Source: a virus. Taken from it: a stretch of 64,000 bases of DNA. The stretch's first letter is position 1; every line of letters starts with the position of its first letter. The notes beneath the pieces are model-generated. The model did not search any database. It had not been told where the DNA came from and saw only the letters and a list, made by a program, of their open reading frames with translations. The position numbers and the translations under genes were made by a program. The stretch is taken from the IMG/VR virus record IMGVR_UViG_3300008107_000157, positions 25,345 to 89,344 of that record. One strand, 5' to 3'. This document shows positions 60,241-64,000 of the stretch, piece by piece.

Positions 60241-60896
60241 TATATTAAACTTTTTTCTTTTTTAATAAACGTAAATCCTACATTACCCGCCATAACAATT
60301 CTATCTATTGTAGATTTGGGAGCATTTTGAGGTGAGTGTGGCATATCGGCTTCCATTATTATCAAATCATCTTCTTCCGGCCTTATCCAATATTCTTTAT
60401 CATTTTTGCCTTTAAAATATAACACACCATCTTCCCCATTCATCACATCTGGCATTTGAATATAGTAAACATATGTATAATGTGGTACAAACAATTTCAT
60501 ATCCTTATTTATATCAGTATGAATATGATACTTATCAATACCTTTTAAATCTTTGTGTTTAAATTGTATTTGTACCGGGTTTTGTGAACGAACTACATTA
60601 ACCCACGCATCTGTATTTATTTTATTGTATGTTATATTTTTTTCATTGTATAGTTTTTTACATTCATTAACACCGATTTGAACTATTTCATCTAATTTTG
60701 TTTCTACAATAAAATCACCAGTAAAATCTAAATTACCATTCCATTCGCTTTTATAAGCAAAGCCATCTGTTTTTACATCCGGCATCGAATCTATAATACT
60801 ATATGCTTCTTTTAAAAAGAATTGTTTATCTTCTAATCGATTTAATTTTGTTTTCCAAATGTAAGTCGAATCATCGTAGTATAGTTTTTCAATCAT
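60240..60896 (-). CDS. Putative 2OG-Fe(II) oxygenase/cupin-fold protein
   Basis: AWVN, YHIH, YVYYIQMP, GVLYF, PHSP, RIVMAGN; ends KKEKSLI. Confidence 0.7.
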   Translation of the reverse strand: MIEKLYYDDSTYIWKTKLNRLEDKQFFLKEAYSIIDSMPDVKTDGFAYKSEWNGNLDFTGDFIVETKLDEIVQIGVNECKKLYNEKNITYNKINTDAWVNVVRSQNPVQIQFKHKDLKGIDKYHIHTDINKDMKLFVPHYTYVYYIQMPDVMNGEDGVLYFKGKNDKEYWIRPEEDDLIIMEADMPHSPQNAPKSTIDRIVMAGNVGFTFIKKEKSLI

Positions 60897-60914
60897 AATA
60901 TGGTTTTTTCTTTT

Positions 60915-61484
60915 TCATATTAAACTCTTTTGCTTTATACAACTTGGCCAAACATTTAATGAATATCGTATGCCGGCAGTAACGTTATCTACAGAATGAA
61001 CTATATTAGAATCGAATATGAAAACACTGCCCTGCTTTTTTTGAATAGTATATTCTTCATCATTTATTATATACTTAACATATCCATCATCATACTCATC
61101 GTTTAATTGGATTATATATGTAATAGTAGCCCCATACATTATCTCATGCGAATCAGAATGCCAATCTAAGAAATCACCCGCCGAATATCGATTGAATGAA
61201 TATTTTGGAATAGAGTTATACTTTATTCCGTTGTATGGATTTAATTCATTTGATATATTGATTATTTTGTTAGATACCGATTTTAATAAATCACAATTTA
61301 AGGTATCATCTACAAAATAACATCCCATACGTTTATTACCAGCGTAATCTACGTTTGAATCAACAACTTTACCATTAACAATACGTGATGATTTCATTGC
61401 TTCCAATCCTATCGAATTACCCAATTCTATAATCGATTCACATTCATAGTTTGTTAGAAAATCATCTATATAAGTTGTAAACAT
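60915..61484 (-). CDS. 2OG-Fe(II) oxygenase (prolyl-hydroxylase-like)
   Basis: DDFLTNYEC, WHSD, LNDEYDDG, VHSV, GIRYSL; ends QKSLI. Confidence 0.82.
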   Translation of the reverse strand: MFTTYIDDFLTNYECESIIELGNSIGLEAMKSSRIVNGKVVDSNVDYAGNKRMGCYFVDDTLNCDLLKSVSNKIINISNELNPYNGIKYNSIPKYSFNRYSAGDFLDWHSDSHEIMYGATITYIIQLNDEYDDGYVKYIINDEEYTIQKKQGSVFIFDSNIVHSVDNVTAGIRYSLNVWPSCIKQKSLI

Positions 61485-61490
61485 ATTAAA

Positions 61491-61793
61491 TTATAATTTA
61501 TTTGAAATCGAATGTAGCTTAGCACATTCTTCATACATTTCTAATGCGGTTAATCTACCCATCAACCACTTACCCATAGATTTAAAATCCTCTCTTTTAA
61601 GAGTTATATATGCGGGCATAGATTTGTATTTGACCAGTATTATCTCCTTACACTTCCTATTAGACTTCCAATTATCTAACTTATCAACCAATTCCGAAAG
61701 ATTTTGATTAGACAGATTAGTTTTTGGAAGATACGTTTTCCATTCTAAAGATATCCAACCTTTTTCTAACTTATCTAAGACAGTAATATTCAT
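61491..61793 (-). CDS. Hypothetical protein
   Basis: 100-aa ORF with its own promoter; C-terminal EMYEECAKL is UVR-like. Confidence 0.55.
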   Translation of the reverse strand: MNITVLDKLEKGWISLEWKTYLPKTNLSNQNLSELVDKLDNWKSNRKCKEIILVKYKSMPAYITLKREDFKSMGKWLMGRLTALEMYEECAKLHSISNKL

Positions 61794-61798
61794 AACCT

Positions 61799-61830
61799 AC
61801 AATATACGATAATAATTTTAAATTTCCAAA
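61799..61830 (-). promoter_or_regulatory. Bacteroidota-type sigma70 promoter (variant -7 box)
   Basis: TTTG-N20-TATATTGT. Confidence 0.6.
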
Positions 61831-61832
61831 TA

Positions 61833-62474
61833 TTATATGAGCTTTATATTCGTATTTGATTTAATCATTCTGATAAACTCATTTGCTAATTGTATATGCC
61901 CTACTTCACCATAGTGACCATTAACTATTTCTTCATTTGTTTCTTTGGTTATATTTGTTACATTCCCTATGTAGTTTTTACTTACGATTCTATCCAACGG
62001 CGACCAATGTATTATGAGATTATTAGGAAATGCAATATTCAATAACTTTATCCAACTATGAACCTCACTAGCATATTTTGTTTTTGTTCTATTAATTAAT
62101 ACCTCTTCCAAAGTAGTATTCGATACATCTTCTAAATTCCTTATGTTTCCATCGAACATTGGTATTATTGGTTTCCAATTATCCCATTTATCAACCAAAC
62201 GGAATCGAGTACAAGATGACCATCCTATTATAATAACATCATTTGAATTAATAAGATTGGCTGAATCACATACGGATTGGAATATACTATAATTATCAGA
62301 ACCGCCTCTACCTAAATTAACTAATTCCATTCCCATCTCATCTGAAATTATTTCACCATATACTCTGGGTATGTAACCTTTCCAAGCAACATACTTATCA
62401 ACCCACAATGCTCCGTTTGTAGTGTTAAGTGATTCAGTAAAACTATCTCCATATGTCCAAAGTGTTTTTTTCAT
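61833..62474 (-). CDS. SGNH/GDSL-like protein
   Basis: TYGDSFTE, NLGRGGSDN, IGWSSCTR, NGHYGEVGH; ends IKLI. Confidence 0.65.
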   Translation of the reverse strand: MKKTLWTYGDSFTESLNTTNGALWVDKYVAWKGYIPRVYGEIISDEMGMELVNLGRGGSDNYSIFQSVCDSANLINSNDVIIIGWSSCTRFRLVDKWDNWKPIIPMFDGNIRNLEDVSNTTLEEVLINRTKTKYASEVHSWIKLLNIAFPNNLIIHWSPLDRIVSKNYIGNVTNITKETNEEIVNGHYGEVGHIQLANEFIRMIKSNTNIKLI

Positions 62475-62483
62475 AACTTTTAA

Positions 62484-62501
62484 GGGGGTGGGGGTTGGGG
62501 G
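62484..62501 (+). other. G-tract GGGGGTGGGGGTTGGGGG
   Basis: Three G5 runs in an intergenic region of a very AT-rich genome. Confidence 0.7.
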
Positions 62502-62547
62502 CCTGGTCGTTTTTAAAAAAGAAAATTTTTGTTATCTCTATTGATAG

Positions 62548-62700
62548 TTACACTTTTAACCACCTTTTCCTCGTCTTTAACGCTCTTTCTATCCACCATA
62601 GGGGAAAACGTACCATAAAGTATAAACCAACCAAAATACCCATTAAAATCATCAATGGTAATAGTATAAACATAACAGCGATATCTCCGAATCTTTTCAT
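62548..62700 (-). CDS. 50-aa membrane peptide (not in ORF track)
   Basis: MKRFGDIAVMFILLPLMILMGILVGLYFMVRFPLWWIERALKTRKRWLKV. Confidence 0.5.
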   Translation of the reverse strand: MKRFGDIAVMFILLPLMILMGILVGLYFMVRFPLWWIERALKTRKRWLKV

Positions 62701-62709
62701 ACTATTCTA

Positions 62710-63729
62710 TTATATATCAATTCCTTTCGCTTTTAATCTACTTAGGAGTGATGCGTTTGTATTCGTTAGGTTTTGTTGTGCTTGGAGTAATTGTCTTCTT
62801 AATTCCGATTGAGCGGCCGTATCGCCCGCTTGAGCAGTTTTAATGGTATTCTCCGTTTGGTCAATCTTCTTTTGTAAATCCGTTTGAGCCTGCTCTACCT
62901 TTTGTGCCAAATCATCTGCTTTGGCTTGGGCGGCATCGGATTGAGATGTGGATACGAGGGGTTGCTTATCTACGGCGGTAGAAGATTTACTCACCACTTG
63001 AACGGATATATCATCTCCCGAATCTGCTGCGGCAAGAATAGTATATTTAGTTGTTGAAGTAGGTGTAATCTTCCCAAAGTAGAATATATCCTTAATAGCT
63101 TGGAAATCGGAATTCAATTGTGCTAACCTATCGTTAATTATCTTAATGTTATTAGCCAGTTTATCTTCGGGTACTCTCGCATCCTTATCTAATGGTTCTA
63201 CGGGTATAGCATCTATTGAGTAATCTGCGGAAAGATTTAAATCAAATACCTTATATGTATCTAATGGTTTTTCAGCATTAGGGGATAATGTCCATATGAT
63301 TTGTTTAATAAGAACTGAAGTATCGTTACCATTAATCTCCCACTCTACATCCTTAACACCTGAAAAAGGAATCTTACCCTTTTGTTTCTCTATCTCCTCT
63401 AATATCTTTAGGGTATCTATTGGTATAATAGGGATTGTCTTTCCCATTCTAGCACCTAATACCTTAGAGTGTTCCTTATATGTGTAGTGGGGGTTTATAG
63501 AAACCGAGTCCGCAAGGGTTTCTAATAACTCCGAAGATGCCAAATAGCGATTGTAATTCCTTAGATAAATAATAACGCCTTTGATATCAAAAGGTAATAC
63601 GCCCTCTATATCCAAATCATCCTCTAAGACTTGAATCGTAACGGGGGTTAATCCCTCCTTAGCGGATATCTTATATCCATTATCCTCTTTGAAGTACCTT
63701 CTTTGGTTTTGTTGTAGTTCTACTATCAC
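62710..63729 (-). CDS. Hypothetical protein with C-terminal coiled coil
   Basis: 339-aa ORF, Gln/Ala-rich heptads at the C-terminus. Confidence 0.6.
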   Translation of the reverse strand: MIVELQQNQRRYFKEDNGYKISAKEGLTPVTIQVLEDDLDIEGVLPFDIKGVIIYLRNYNRYLASSELLETLADSVSINPHYTYKEHSKVLGARMGKTIPIIPIDTLKILEEIEKQKGKIPFSGVKDVEWEINGNDTSVLIKQIIWTLSPNAEKPLDTYKVFDLNLSADYSIDAIPVEPLDKDARVPEDKLANNIKIINDRLAQLNSDFQAIKDIFYFGKITPTSTTKYTILAAADSGDDISVQVVSKSSTAVDKQPLVSTSQSDAAQAKADDLAQKVEQAQTDLQKKIDQTENTIKTAQAGDTAAQSELRRQLLQAQQNLTNTNASLLSRLKAKGIDI

Positions 63730-63976
63730 CTTTAATTGCTTTCTTATATATAGTTAATTCTTTAATTCCTCTTCTTGCTATCTTCTCTAAACGAAGGACC
63801 TCTCTACGAATCTGCTGATAAGAACCATCCTCAATAGTATGGTATATCAATTCGTTACATCTCATATCATCGGTTATCTTATGAGTTGAAGCATCCCACA
63901 TTTCTAATCCTCTTGCCATTCCAACCGCAGTTCCAAACTCCTCCGATATTCTTACATATGTATCTTGTCTAACCAT
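63680..63976 (-). CDS. Hypothetical protein
   Basis: 98-aa ORF preceded by GATATTTAT at the window end. Confidence 0.55.
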   Translation of the reverse strand: MVRQDTYVRISEEFGTAVGMARGLEMWDASTHKITDDMRCNELIYHTIEDGSYQQIRREVLRLEKIARRGIKELTIYKKAIKGDSRTTTKPKKVLQRG

Positions 63977-63991
63977 ATGGAATTCTTTATT

Positions 63992-63999
63992 ATAAATAT
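63992..63999 (-). promoter_or_regulatory. Putative late promoter motif ATATTTAT
   Basis: 15 nt upstream of the ATG at 63976. Confidence 0.5.
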
Positions 64000-64000
64000 C

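Noticed and set aside
1931-63487. Dozens of plus-strand ORFs of 60-207 aa in the ORF track (e.g. 18280-18738, 42243-42866, 57123-57509)
   Set aside because: They lie antisense to well-supported minus-strand genes and have no recognisable motifs; treated as shadow ORFs
1-64000. CRISPR arrays, tRNA/rRNA genes, IS elements, integrase
   Set aside because: No regularly spaced repeats, cloverleaf-like sequences or transposase/integrase motifs seen; intergenic gaps are mostly too short

Overview
AT-rich, gene-dense segment of a large tailed dsDNA phage, probably a myovirus (baseplate wedge, gp25-like and spike genes). Every credible gene but one is on the minus strand. Five TTTGG-N19-TATATT(T)G promoters match the Bacteroidota sigma70 consensus and point to a Bacteroidota host. 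Left to right the window holds: a ~17 kb glycan/surface-modification cluster (SGNH-like proteins, GT7-LamG glycosyltransferases, radical SAM, methyltransferase); a tail fibre with a peptidase S74 chaperone; an SbcD-SbcC fusion, primase and T7-endonuclease-I-like resolvase; virion/baseplate genes; auxiliary genes (carbamoyltransferase, sigma-like factor, def, uvsE, HD protein); and a second tailoring-enzyme cluster at 54-62.5 kb. The best candidate for a novel system is that second cluster. A circularly permuted ATP-grasp protein is fused to a Hint domain that looks competent only for C-terminal cleavage, followed by a 32-aa six-Cys peptide. It is flanked by 2OG-Fe(II) oxygenases, sulfotransferases, a radical SAM enzyme and SGNH proteins, and 10 of the 13 genes in the cluster end in a shared C-terminal Leu-Ile tag. 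Virion proteins are strongly enriched in an [S/T]-[G/A/S]-S motif that may be a modification sequon. Three genes (a GT7, the tail fibre, the primase) look broken by short deletions, which may be assembly errors. All family calls come from motif recognition by eye; no database searches were run.
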